From contig CAWJZV010000033.1 of NCBI GenBank assembly GCA_963847445.1, positions 1 to 64,000 of the forward strand: DNA of 64,000 nucleotides, written 5' to 3'. Shown one piece after another: positions 21,197 to 31,009 of the stretch. Under the pieces are notes generated by a model that saw only the letters and a list, made by a program, of their open reading frames with translations, was not told where the DNA came from and ran no database searches. The first letter of the stretch is position 1; the number at the start of each line of letters is the position of its first letter. The translations under genes and the position numbers were made by a program. Source of the DNA: an uncultured delta proteobacterium (GTDB taxonomy: Bacteria; Desulfobacterota; Binatia; UBA9968).

Positions 21197-22900
21197 CTAG
21201 GGCAAGACCGCACGCAACAGCACCAGCGGCGCGTCGCCTTCAGGCCCGCTGCCGCGGCTGCGTAGCAACGGGGGCGTCAATTGAGGTTGAGCTTGCCGGA
21301 GCCTATTCCACACTTTCTCGGTGGTGATGATGTAGCCGTCGCCGTCAGCGATCTGCACCACGGCGGAATCCACGGGCCGTTCGGCCACCTCAATCGCCCC
21401 GCCGCGATAGAACACCACGGCATCGCCATTGAAGCCGCCGGACAAAACCAACTTGTCCGAAGGTTGCACCAGACGGTTGACTTCAATCATGAAGTCCCGG
21501 TAGCTCTTGGTCTCGGCGATTTTCACTTCCACCAGGCCTCGGCTTAAAAACGCGAAAATAATCCATAGCGCCACCAACGAGCCGCTGGCCGCGATCATGC
21601 GGCCGCGCCAGAGGTAATAGCCGAACAGCGACCAGAGAGCGGCCCAGGCCAGCGCGACGGCATCGAATTTCCAACCCCAGCCGGCGATCTGATTGACGAT
21701 GACGAGAAAATTAGCGCGGTCTTTGGGCTTGAGCAATTTTTCGATGGGGTCGAACAACCATGCTGGATCATGGGTCCATAAATCGCCCAGGGCGATTAAT
21801 AGCAGGATCAAGGCCGTGATCGCAGCAACGCCGGAAATCAGCCGGAGAAACCAAGTTCGAACCACATCAAACCTCGCCTGGCGATGAACCCACACGGCCA
21901 AGAGCAGCGCCAACGCCGGATAGATCGGCAACAGATAAACCGCCCGTTTCCCCGACGACAGCGAGAAAAACAGCAGCATGACGCCGAACCAGGTTTGCAG
22001 AAACAGCAGATCATCGCCGTCAGAACTGCCGCGCTCTTTCACCCAATCCCAAAACATAAACGGATAGAACAATCCCCATGGCGCCGCGAGACTGAAGAGA
22101 TAAGACAAATAATAATAAACTGGATGGCTGTGGCCGGAACCGCCAACAAAGCGGCGCAAATTTTCCGACAGCAGTTGGCGATCGACGAAACCCTCCCCGC
22201 CCCGGCTAATCGCCATGCCATACCAGCCGGCGACCAGAAGTACTGCGAGCAGCACGCCGGGATGAAAGGCGAATTTAAAAAACATTTTCCAATTACGTTT
22301 GAGCGCGAGGAAGACCGCGATCACCAACCCCGGCAAAACGATCCCCAACGGCCCTTTGGAAAGCGTCGCCAAACCAACCAGCAGGTACATCGCATAGGGC
22401 CACATGGGATGGCGCAGGAAACCGCGGTAGATAGCGTAGAACAGGATCAAACTCAGCGTGACGAAGAAACACAGAGTCATATCGACGCGCGCGTTGACCG
22501 CCTGGGTCTGATAGATCATCGTCGTCGCCAGGATCGCGCCGCCTAACAATCCGACCTGCGCACCGAAAAGCTTAGCGCCGAGCAGATAGAGAAAAATCAC
22601 GCCGAGAGTCGCGTACAGCGCCGAGGGAAATCGGATGGTCGTTTCATCGAGCACCCCGGTAACCTGATAGGTCAGCGCCGCCGACCAATGAAACATCGGC
22701 GGCTTGGACGGAATCGCGGTGGCGCGCTTGAGCGGTAACAGCCACTCGCCGCGTTGGACAATATCCTGCACGGCCAAAGCCTCGCGCGGCTCGCCTTTGT
22801 CGAACATCGGCGTGCTGCCTAGATAAGGAAAGTAAAGGACGCCGCAGAGCGCCACCAGCAAAAACACATGAAGCCAACAAGTCCGCTTGGGTCCGGTTCA
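21197..22900 (-). CDS. arnT: ArnT-like GT-C glycosyltransferase
   Basis: DKGEPRE, SKPP, RFPSA, ARVDM, LSKGPLG, SSGKRAVYLLP; start either ATG ~22900 with frameshift or 22867. Confidence 0.88.
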
Positions 22901-23324
22901 TAGAAGTGTTCGACTGCCCGCTCGGTGTCGGCATCAATTGTCTCCTTTATCAGCGACGAAAGAAGTCCGATTCTGACGAATTTCACCGTCATAGAAACGA
23001 CTTACATCAAGTACACTGACGAGCGCAAACTTGCCGCAATCCAATGAGGTGTTATGTTTCTTGGGGGGGCCAGCTAGTTCAAGGTAGACATCACGCGCGT
23101 GCAATTGACCGTGCGTGACATCGATCAGGTATCGCAATAATCATCTGTATTGGTTGCGGTGGTGAGATGGCCCCCGAGTCCTACGACCGACCATTGGCGA
23201 GTAGAGGATACCTGTAACCATCTTGCGAACAAACCTTTTGCCTCAGTGAGATTTCCGTAGAAACTCATCGAGTTTGTTGAGCAGCGAGCTCACAGTTCTC
23301 TCTTTCCCGGCGACGATCGACCTT

Positions 23325-24080
23325 TTATGATTTCTCGGATCGGGTCGAGTCCTTGAATAACCGGTGGCTGCGCTTGAGCTTGAGCAAGAAAAGATAAAGT
23401 GCTCCTACCGCCAGTGATAACCAGAGCGCGCGAATGGCCGCCGTCTTGATCCCTACCGCGCCATGGAGAAGATAGGTGCGCCAAACCGGGATAAAAATAA
23501 AGCCAATGGTGAGCCCAACAACCGTACCGAGGTCCTTTTTTATGCTCCGTCTCCAGTCAAAACGCATCCCCTCAAACGACCGCGCGACGCGCGACAATTT
23601 CGGCAAGTAGCGGTTGACGGAAGTTGCATAGTCATCATATTCACTGGCGAATTTATTTCGCAAATAAGCTTCCTCGGAAGAAACAATAGCCTGATAGACG
23701 AAAAGAAAAAACGGTATCAAAATAAGATAACCCATCGGCGATCCGAGTAGCATGGTCATGCCGATCGCTATCAATCCATTTCCGACATACATCGGATTTC
23801 GTGTGATCCCGTAGACGCCGCCACGAACCAACCGTCCCGCATAAACCTGTCCATCTTTGCCGCCACGATGAATGTATTCAAAACCGATAGTGATGAGCCG
23901 AACGGCTTGCCCGAGCAGAGCGACTCCTATGCCGACGACAGTCAAAAATTGATCGACCACAAGGCTGTCGAAAATGATCTTGGGGCGGAGGGTGAGAGCA
24001 CCCAGCACAAAGATTATGGGGAAAAGCGCGTTACGGTAATGAAAAAAGAAATTGCCAATTGCGATATTCCAAGAATGCAA
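23325..24080 (-). CDS. ICMT/PEMT-family integral membrane methyltransferase (LmtA-like)
   Basis: GVYGITRNPMYVGN; EEAYLRNKFASEYDDYATSVNRYLP. Confidence 0.88.
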   Translation of the reverse strand: MHSWNIAIGNFFFHYRNALFPIIFVLGALTLRPKIIFDSLVVDQFLTVVGIGVALLGQAVRLITIGFEYIHRGGKDGQVYAGRLVRGGVYGITRNPMYVGNGLIAIGMTMLLGSPMGYLILIPFFLFVYQAIVSSEEAYLRNKFASEYDDYATSVNRYLPKLSRVARSFEGMRFDWRRSIKKDLGTVVGLTIGFIFIPVWRTYLLHGAVGIKTAAIRALWLSLAVGALYLFLLKLKRSHRLFKDSTRSEKS

Positions 24081-24126
24081 GCGAGACTCTCCGCTTCTGT
24101 CCGCGCCGAAAACTCAACCGTGGTGT

Positions 24127-24852
24127 TTACTTGACGGCTATGATCCCGCAGAAATTATACCACTTAAAGAAAACGTCACAAAAAGTGAATCCGCTGTTTA
24201 GAAACAGTTCGTAGTCTTCTTCAAGCCGGTAAGGAATCAAGACGTTTTCCAGAGCTTCCCGCTTTTGGGCGATTTCCATCTGACTGTAGCCATTGCGTTG
24301 TTTGAAATCGTAATAATGTTTAATGAATGAGCGATTCACCTTGGAATCCTTGCTAAGAACTTTTTCGACCACCACCATGCAGCCGCCAGGAATCATCCCA
24401 TTGGCGATATTCGTCATGATGCGATGCCGGCGCACCGGTCTAATAAATTGCAGGGTTAAGTTCATAATGACGACCGAAGCATTGGTAATTTCGATGTCAT
24501 CGTTGAGATCTGCGCAGATGAGTTCGTGGTCACGTTCCATTCCCTGTTGAGCGATTTTTTGGCGGGCTTGGTCAAGCATTTCATTGGAGAAATCCACGCC
24601 GATAAACTTAACATTTTTTGATAGCACTCGGTCCAATTCAAAAAAAGCATTGCACGTAGCGCAGCCCAAGTCGTATATCCGTGTGCCCTCGACCGCATAG
24701 TCTGCAGCAATTTCACTGATCATTCGCTGCATTTCGGAATAGTAGGGAACCGATCGATTGAGCATGTCGTCAAAAACAACCGCGGTGTCTTTACCAAAAT
24801 CGAAGTCGCTTACAGCCTCTCGTCTCTCGCTGAATAAAGTGTCTTTAGCCAT
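24127..24852 (-). CDS. cmoA: Carboxy-S-adenosylmethionine synthase
   Basis: FDDMLNRSVPYY, YDLGC, NLTLQF, VEK, NGYSQMEIAQKREALENVLIP, WYNF; AAGGAG RBS. Confidence 0.92.
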   Translation of the reverse strand: MAKDTLFSERREAVSDFDFGKDTAVVFDDMLNRSVPYYSEMQRMISEIAADYAVEGTRIYDLGCATCNAFFELDRVLSKNVKFIGVDFSNEMLDQARQKIAQQGMERDHELICADLNDDIEITNASVVIMNLTLQFIRPVRRHRIMTNIANGMIPGGCMVVVEKVLSKDSKVNRSFIKHYYDFKQRNGYSQMEIAQKREALENVLIPYRLEEDYELFLNSGFTFCDVFFKWYNFCGIIAVK

Positions 24853-25100
24853 AAGTCACCGGCTCCTTTGTCGCGATAGTGGTCTAAAAAGTGGCCGCGC
24901 GAAAAGCCCCCTGACCAAGAAAATTCTTCTAATGTGGCTTGTCGGATTCACCCGCTGCTTGTTGCGATGGCTGCGCAATTCAATTCACGCTAGGGCGAAC
25001 CACCGCGCATTAGCGAAATGCGATTCCTGTCTCGCCTCATGCGTTACACGCGATCTTTGACGCGCAGCAATACACTGAGCACATTTACGCTGTATGGAGG

Positions 25101-25156
25101 GCAAAGTAACGCGAATGTCTTGCTGGCACCTTTCCGGAAGATTACATCTTTGAAAG
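25101..25156 (-). promoter_or_regulatory. Cop/Cus-box-like promoter upstream of cmoA
   Basis: GCAAAGTAACGCGAA and CCGGAAGATTACAtctTTGAaAG at the same spacing as 27669-27724; TACTTT -10-like element on the minus strand. Confidence 0.65.
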
Positions 25157-25393
25157 GTTAAAGTGGCCGACGGGACTAAAGAAATGAAGCCAACGAGCAC
25201 CTGAGCGAGTAAAGACAGCAAACCGTTCGGCGGCCGCAGGGCTTTTTACCGTAACTTTCGCTTCACCCGCGTCGTAGAATTCAATCCTTGGATGCAAGAG
25301 TCAATGACAAACTATTCGAGGTCTGGCAACGCAACTATCGCAAGGCAATGCCCGGGGGTTGCACTTGCGTTTCATTTCCGGAAGTTCCCCGTA

Positions 25394-25819
25394 TTACAAT
25401 TGCTTAGCCCACTGGATTATCAGCGCGCGCTCCGCGGCCGACAGCTTGGCCTCGGGATGCAACGAAACATAGAACCAGGGCGGCATATCGCCTTTGCCAA
25501 CTTCCCTGGCGATTTCCTTTTTCTTACGCGATTTGCGGGTTTCGTCGTAGCCATCCCAGGTGGATAAATTCAACTTCTTGCGGCCGTCTTTAACATCTCG
25601 GGCGATCAGAAAGGACGCAGGAGCGACCCGTGCATACCACGGCCAGACGGTCTCGTTGGAATGGCAGGCGTTACAGGATCGTCGCAAGAGCGCCTGAACT
25701 TCCACCGGCGCTTCGGGATAGTTGCGCTGTGCCGGATTGCTCCGCGCGAGCGGCACCAACTGCGCCGCACACAGAGCGATCGCCAGCGCGGCACCAAAGC
25801 GTATGAGCCATTTCATCAT
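25394..25819 (-). CDS. Haem-binding domain (c-type cytochrome) protein
   Basis: SCNACHSNETVWPWY, LNLSTW, MPP..Y...HPEAKLS. Confidence 0.88.
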   Translation of the reverse strand: MMKWLIRFGAALAIALCAAQLVPLARSNPAQRNYPEAPVEVQALLRRSCNACHSNETVWPWYARVAPASFLIARDVKDGRKKLNLSTWDGYDETRKSRKKKEIAREVGKGDMPPWFYVSLHPEAKLSAAERALIIQWAKQL

Positions 25820-25865
25820 CGATGTTTCCTTTCACGTTCCGAACCTCTAGAAAATTTGCCGCAAT

Positions 25866-25881
25866 CTGACAAAACTGCAAT
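25866..25881 (-). promoter_or_regulatory. Possible third cop-box upstream of the haem-binding gene
   Basis: CTGACAAAACTGCAAT; flank resembles the other two boxes but the -10 element is not shared. Confidence 0.4.
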
Positions 25882-25890
25882 GCGCCTCGA

Positions 25891-27642
25891 TTACTTGTTG
25901 GTGACGACCGAGATGTCACCAACGCGGGCAATGGTCGACGGTGTGCTGCCGCCCAATCTGTCGACCGCGCTACTTTTGATAAAAACCACCAGTCGATGTT
26001 TCGAATGTTTCCACAGAGCGGCAAATTCCTCACGCGTGTACAGCACTTTGCCATAACCGGCGGCCGGCTCGGGCCGCTGCCTGGCAACATAATCGCTACC
26101 CAAAATCTTGCTGCTATCGGCGGGCGCGATTACCCATATCGGTCGCTGAATATTCAGATAGAATGGCAGGCTTGAGGGATACCCGCCGTAAAGAACCAGT
26201 TGGTCATCGGCATGGATCAACGGCGCAACTCTCTCCGCCAATTGTATGGACGAGCGATCTAAGGAGACCGCGATCCAAATCGGATTGGCGCACAGAACTA
26301 AGAGCGCAAAACCGATAGCCGTTGCGGGGTAGAGAAACTGCTGCTTCGCCCAACCCTCGTCAGTGATCAGGAGCTCGAGTACCGGGATGAGTTGGAGCCC
26401 GATAATCCCCGAAAATGCCGGCCGCCGGGATAAATGTTCGTGTATATATGCCTGGAAACGATCGGGCAAAAAATCAGGCCAAAGGACTGTCAGTGTAATG
26501 GCGAATGATACCAGGCAGAAAGTGGCTAGTGGAACCCAAAGAATCCTCTTCTTTTTCACCGTGGAATCCGTCAGGGCTTTGGCAATCACCGCTGCCAAGA
26601 TGATCGCGAGTGGCGGATAGATCGGTAGAATGTAATGGGGGAGTTTGGATGATGACAGAGAAAAAAACAGCAGCGGTATGGCAACCCACAAACTCAAAAA
26701 GAGATGTTCACCTTTCAGCGCACGCTTACCTAGATCGGTGATCGTAGCGGGCAGCAAAACCGTCCAAGGGAAAAATCCGCCCGCCAGGACCCCGATGAAG
26801 TAATACCAAGGCCCGCTCCGCTTGAATTGTGTCGAGGTAAAACGGTGGACGTTCTCCTCCCAAAGAAAATAACGCAGGTATCCTGGATTGCGCGACTCGG
26901 CGGTCAGGTACCATGGCGCCGCCGTTAAAATTAGCAGCGCTATGCCGAGGGGAATCTGCATGTGACGGAGCAAACTCCATCGTTTTGTCAGCAGCAGGTA
27001 AACGCCAATCACCGCTGCAGGGAGAAGAAACCCGATAGGCCCCTTGAGCAGCGTCGCCATGCCCATGGCAACATACATCAGAAGAAACTGGCTTTTCCCT
27101 GCGCCGCTTTCGACCCCACGCTGCCCAAGGCAAAAACTGCAGAGAGCGAGGGTAATGCAAAACGTCAGCGTCATATCCATGATGACGGCGCGGGATAGAG
27201 CAAAAAACTCGATGCTGGACAGAAGAATCAAAGCGCTCCAGAGTCCGGCCCGGCGCCCGAACAGAGAGCCGGCAAACCGGTAGGTAATGCAAAGACAAGC
27301 CAATGCCGCCAAAGCGGATGGCAGTCGCGCTGCCCATTCCGAGATGCCGAAAAACTTGTACGAGAGAGCTACCAGCCCAAAAAAGAATATCGGTTTGTCT
27401 AATCGCGGGATAAAGTCATAGTGGGGCGTGACCCAGTCTTTGAGCAGTAATATCTCGCGGGCGATTTCAGCATTTCGCCCCTCGTCCGGCTCAAAGAGCG
27501 CCGCCCCGCCCAAGTTAGTAAATAATACCCATACACAGAAAAGCAGCAGACCGAGATCCCAGTATCGGGCGGGATCGCTGGAATGTACATTTTGATTGTA
27601 AATTGAAAGTGGCGGCTCAACCGTTCCGACGCTGCGATGCAT
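25891..27642 (-). CDS. arnT: ArnT-like GT-C glycosyltransferase
   Basis: EPDEGRNAEIARE, DKPI, ARLPSA, LKGPIG, SSSKLPHYILP; ATG 27642 chosen because TTG 27672 lies in the promoter motif. Confidence 0.9.
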   Translation of the reverse strand: MHRSVGTVEPPLSIYNQNVHSSDPARYWDLGLLLFCVWVLFTNLGGAALFEPDEGRNAEIAREILLLKDWVTPHYDFIPRLDKPIFFFGLVALSYKFFGISEWAARLPSALAALACLCITYRFAGSLFGRRAGLWSALILLSSIEFFALSRAVIMDMTLTFCITLALCSFCLGQRGVESGAGKSQFLLMYVAMGMATLLKGPIGFLLPAAVIGVYLLLTKRWSLLRHMQIPLGIALLILTAAPWYLTAESRNPGYLRYFLWEENVHRFTSTQFKRSGPWYYFIGVLAGGFFPWTVLLPATITDLGKRALKGEHLFLSLWVAIPLLFFSLSSSKLPHYILPIYPPLAIILAAVIAKALTDSTVKKKRILWVPLATFCLVSFAITLTVLWPDFLPDRFQAYIHEHLSRRPAFSGIIGLQLIPVLELLITDEGWAKQQFLYPATAIGFALLVLCANPIWIAVSLDRSSIQLAERVAPLIHADDQLVLYGGYPSSLPFYLNIQRPIWVIAPADSSKILGSDYVARQRPEPAAGYGKVLYTREEFAALWKHSKHRLVVFIKSSAVDRLGGSTPSTIARVGDISVVTNK

Positions 27643-27668
27643 GGAACTAAAGTTATGCTGGACAATCC

Positions 27669-27724
27669 GCAAAGTAACGCGAAAGCATTACCGCGAGCTT
27701 GCCGGAAGATTACAATTTTGACAG
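27669..27724 (-). promoter_or_regulatory. Cop/Cus-box-like promoter upstream of arnT
   Basis: GATTACAATTTTGACAG imperfect palindrome plus shared 15-bp GCAAAGTAACGCGAA. Confidence 0.7.
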
Positions 27725-27737
27725 GTTGGCGGCGTGA

Positions 27738-29147
27738 TTAAGCCGCCGGAGGAAGAGGCAGAGACAGGCTAAAGACCGAACCGCCGCCGGGGTCGGACGA
27801 GGCTTCGACCCGCCCTTGGTGCGCTTGGACAACCGCTTTGACTAGACTCAAGCCGAGGCCGAGACCGCGCTGCGAGCGGCTTTTATCACCGCGGTAAAGC
27901 CGATCCCAAATGCGCGGCAGCTCGTCGGCCGGTATGCCGATGCCGTTATCGCGAACCGACAAAAGAACCTCGCGCTCGGCGCGGGTCGCGGCGATCTCGA
28001 CTCGCCCACCGCTCGGGGTATATTTGATCGCGTTGTCAACGAGGTTTGCCACCACTTGCCGCAGCCTTGTGCGGTCGGCTCGCAAAGATAGAACCCGGGG
28101 AACGTCGGTCGTCATGCGCACCTGCGCCTCGTCTGCGACATGCTCGTAAAGACCCGTCACTTCATGGACCAACTCGGCTAGATTCACGTCTTCAAACGCA
28201 AGCTTCATCGTCCCGGTCTCAGCTTCCGAGATGTCCATCAAAGAATTAAGAATCGCCATGACGCGATCGGACTCTTCCAAACAGTCCGCCAATGCTTCGC
28301 GGCAGGCATCTGCGCCGGCATCGGATCGCAAAGTTTGCTCGGCCACTCCCCGAAGACGGGTCACCGGCGTGCGCAGATCGTGCGCGACGTTATCCAAAGC
28401 GTCCCTCATGCCGCCGATCAAGTTCTCGATCTTCTCCAACATCTGATTGAACAAGATCACCAGCTCGTTTAGTTCATCGCCGGTTTCGCTATCGGGAACT
28501 CGGGCTTCGAAGCGCGCGGTATCGATAATCGACCGCGCCGCTATACTGAGATGGCGAATCGGCCGGAGCGCGCGAAAGGCCAGGAAGGCGCCACCGGCAA
28601 CACCGAACAGCACCATCGGGATGATAGTGGCGAGCATCGTCTCGTGAAAGCGTTCCCGCACCTCCTCGCGATCCTGAATGTCTCTGCCAACTTGCAAAAC
28701 ATTGCCATTCGCGAGCCGCGCGGCGGCGACTTCAAGCAAATCACCACCACTATTCGATGAATAGTATTGCCATTGATCGATCAACGGTGGCTTATCCGGA
28801 TTGGTAAAATCGAACTTCTCCCAAAGGCGCGGATTGCTGAGAAAAATAGTCACGCTCGCCGCATTGGTAATGCGCGCAAAATAGGAGTTGCGCCGGCTCG
28901 GTTTGCGCTGTTTGCCAAACTCATTGGCCAGCCCCGAGACGCCGCCGGCCTCGACTAAAGCCACATATTTGCGCAGCTGAGACTGAGTCTCGCCGCGTCG
29001 GTCGCGCATGGACGAGAACAAGAACAAATAGGATACCGAGAACAGGACTAAGGAACTGACGATAAAGATTCCCGAGTACCATGCCGTCAGGCGAAAACCG
29101 AGGGTCCGGTGAAAGGAGCTACTGACTCTTAAGCGCATAGCCGACAC
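27738..29147 (-). CDS. HAMP sensor histidine kinase (CusS/CopS-like)
   Basis: Two TMs, HAMP, AHDLRTP, NLVDNAIKY, DNGIGI, GLGLGL. Confidence 0.93.
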   Translation of the reverse strand: MSAMRLRVSSSFHRTLGFRLTAWYSGIFIVSSLVLFSVSYLFLFSSMRDRRGETQSQLRKYVALVEAGGVSGLANEFGKQRKPSRRNSYFARITNAASVTIFLSNPRLWEKFDFTNPDKPPLIDQWQYYSSNSGGDLLEVAAARLANGNVLQVGRDIQDREEVRERFHETMLATIIPMVLFGVAGGAFLAFRALRPIRHLSIAARSIIDTARFEARVPDSETGDELNELVILFNQMLEKIENLIGGMRDALDNVAHDLRTPVTRLRGVAEQTLRSDAGADACREALADCLEESDRVMAILNSLMDISEAETGTMKLAFEDVNLAELVHEVTGLYEHVADEAQVRMTTDVPRVLSLRADRTRLRQVVANLVDNAIKYTPSGGRVEIAATRAEREVLLSVRDNGIGIPADELPRIWDRLYRGDKSRSQRGLGLGLSLVKAVVQAHQGRVEASSDPGGGSVFSLSLPLPPAA

Positions 29148-29793
29148 CCCGGTGCGTCTGAATCAGCTTGCCGTCGAAATCGCGATCGAGTTTGCTGCGC
29201 AAGCGCGATACCAGCACATCGACGACGTTGGTCATCGGGTCGAAATCGTAACCCCAGACATGCTCGAGAATCATCGTTTTCGACACCACCTTGCCGGCAT
29301 TGCGCATGAGATATTCGAGCAAGGCGAACTCGCGCGGCTGTAAATCGAGTTTGGTTTCGCCGCGCTTGACCTCACGGGTGAGCAAGTCGAGGGACAGCTC
29401 GCCGGCAGCGAGCCGAGTCGGCTCGGTCTCGTGGCCGGCCCGGCGGATCAATGCTTGCACGCGGGCCAACAGCTCAGCGAAGGAAAACGGTTTAGTCAGG
29501 TAATCGTCGCCGCCGGTCTGCAAGCCTTTAACTCGATCGTCGACGCTACGCTTGGCGCTCAAGATCAACACCGGCGTAGGAATTTTCGCTTGCCGCAGCC
29601 GCTCGATCACGCTCAAGCCGTCAAGCTTGGGCAGCATGATATCCATGACCGCTGCGTCATAGGGCTCGGACAACGCCAGATGAAGCGCCCCGTCGCCATT
29701 ATCGGCACGGTCGACTGCGAAGCCCGCTTCTTCCAAGCCTTTGACAATGAATGAAGCAATTTTCTTGTCGTCTTCGACAACTAGGATGCGCAT
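29119..29793 (-). CDS. OmpR-family response regulator (CusR/CopR-like)
   Basis: MRILVVEDD, DIMLP, DDYLTKPF, VWGYDFDPMTNVVDV, RGVGY. Confidence 0.95.
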   Translation of the reverse strand: MRILVVEDDKKIASFIVKGLEEAGFAVDRADNGDGALHLALSEPYDAAVMDIMLPKLDGLSVIERLRQAKIPTPVLILSAKRSVDDRVKGLQTGGDDYLTKPFSFAELLARVQALIRRAGHETEPTRLAAGELSLDLLTREVKRGETKLDLQPREFALLEYLMRNAGKVVSKTMILEHVWGYDFDPMTNVVDVLVSRLRSKLDRDFDGKLIQTHRGVGYALKSQ

Positions 29794-29867
29794 CGGTTTA
29801 GCGCGACATTCTCTTCACCGATCTACTAACGGGTAAACAGATAGAGAACTCAATGGCGCTGGCGAAA

Positions 29868-30839
29868 TCATTTTTTGCCCAGCGCCTCCGGATTCAACAC
29901 ATGGCTCGGCTTGCCGGCGGCGAAGCTGACGATGTCGTCAACGACCGTCGCGTAATACTCTTCATAACTTTCACGGGTGACGTAACCGAGATGCGGCGTG
30001 CAGGTGACATTGGCCATTTTCGTCAATGGCTCGTCCGCGCCAACCGGCTCTTTATCGTATACGTCGACAGCGGCAAAGCCCGGCCGCCCGGCCTTCAACG
30101 CCTCGACCAACGCGCCCTTGGCGATCAAGCCGGAACGGCTCGCGTTGACCAGCAACGCGCTCGGCTTCATGCGCGCCAAATCATTACTGGTAATGATGCC
30201 GCGGGTGTCCTTGTTGAGCGGCAGATGAAAGCTCACGATATCCGCCTCGGCGAAGAACTCCTCGCGGCTCTTGGCGACTTCGAACCCGGCGGCTTTCGCC
30301 CGGCCTGTCGAACCTTCGCGCCCCCAGCAAATCACCCGCGCGCCGAAGGCTTTTCCCACACCAGCAACGATACTGCCGATCTTACCGTAGGCGTAGATGC
30401 CGATGGTCTTGCCACTGACGCCGATACCCAACGTCGACTGCCAGCCGCCGTTCTTCAAACCGGTTACCTCACGCGGCAAACTACGCAGAGATGAAAGAAT
30501 CAATCCCCAAGTGAGCTCCGCGGTCGCGTTAGGATTGCCCGAACCGCCCGCCGAAACCACGATGCCCTTCTCGGTGCACGCTTCGAGATCGACATGAGTC
30601 GCCGCCCGGCCGGTTTGACCGATCAGCTTGAGCTTGGGTAATTTCTCGATCAACTCACGCGGAAAATAAGAACGCTGCTGGGTCAGCACCACGGCATCGG
30701 CGTCTTTCAATTTCTCCGCCAAACTCGCCACATCGTTGGCGGTGTCCGAGAATACCACCACGTCATGTCCGGCCAGCTTGGGAAAACATTTTAAAGTCTT
30801 GAAAGCATTCTGATAATCATCGATCACAGCAATTTTCAT
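29868..30839 (-). CDS. D-2-hydroxyacid dehydrogenase family protein
   Basis: IDDYQ, YGKIG, VNASR, DVYDKEP, TPHLG. Confidence 0.93.
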   Translation of the reverse strand: MKIAVIDDYQNAFKTLKCFPKLAGHDVVVFSDTANDVASLAEKLKDADAVVLTQQRSYFPRELIEKLPKLKLIGQTGRAATHVDLEACTEKGIVVSAGGSGNPNATAELTWGLILSSLRSLPREVTGLKNGGWQSTLGIGVSGKTIGIYAYGKIGSIVAGVGKAFGARVICWGREGSTGRAKAAGFEVAKSREEFFAEADIVSFHLPLNKDTRGIITSNDLARMKPSALLVNASRSGLIAKGALVEALKAGRPGFAAVDVYDKEPVGADEPLTKMANVTCTPHLGYVTRESYEEYYATVVDDIVSFAAGKPSHVLNPEALGKK

Positions 30840-31009
30840 GGTTGGATTCCTCCTCTTACTGACCTCTGTTTGATATTACGAGTGTTGACTCATTAGCACT
30901 GTGAAAATTCCCTTTTACCACGAAGGCACGAAGGACACGAAGTTAGGAGTAAACATTCTCCGAAACCTTCGTGTCCTTCGTGCCTTCGTGGTGTAAACTC
31001 TTGCGCCTT

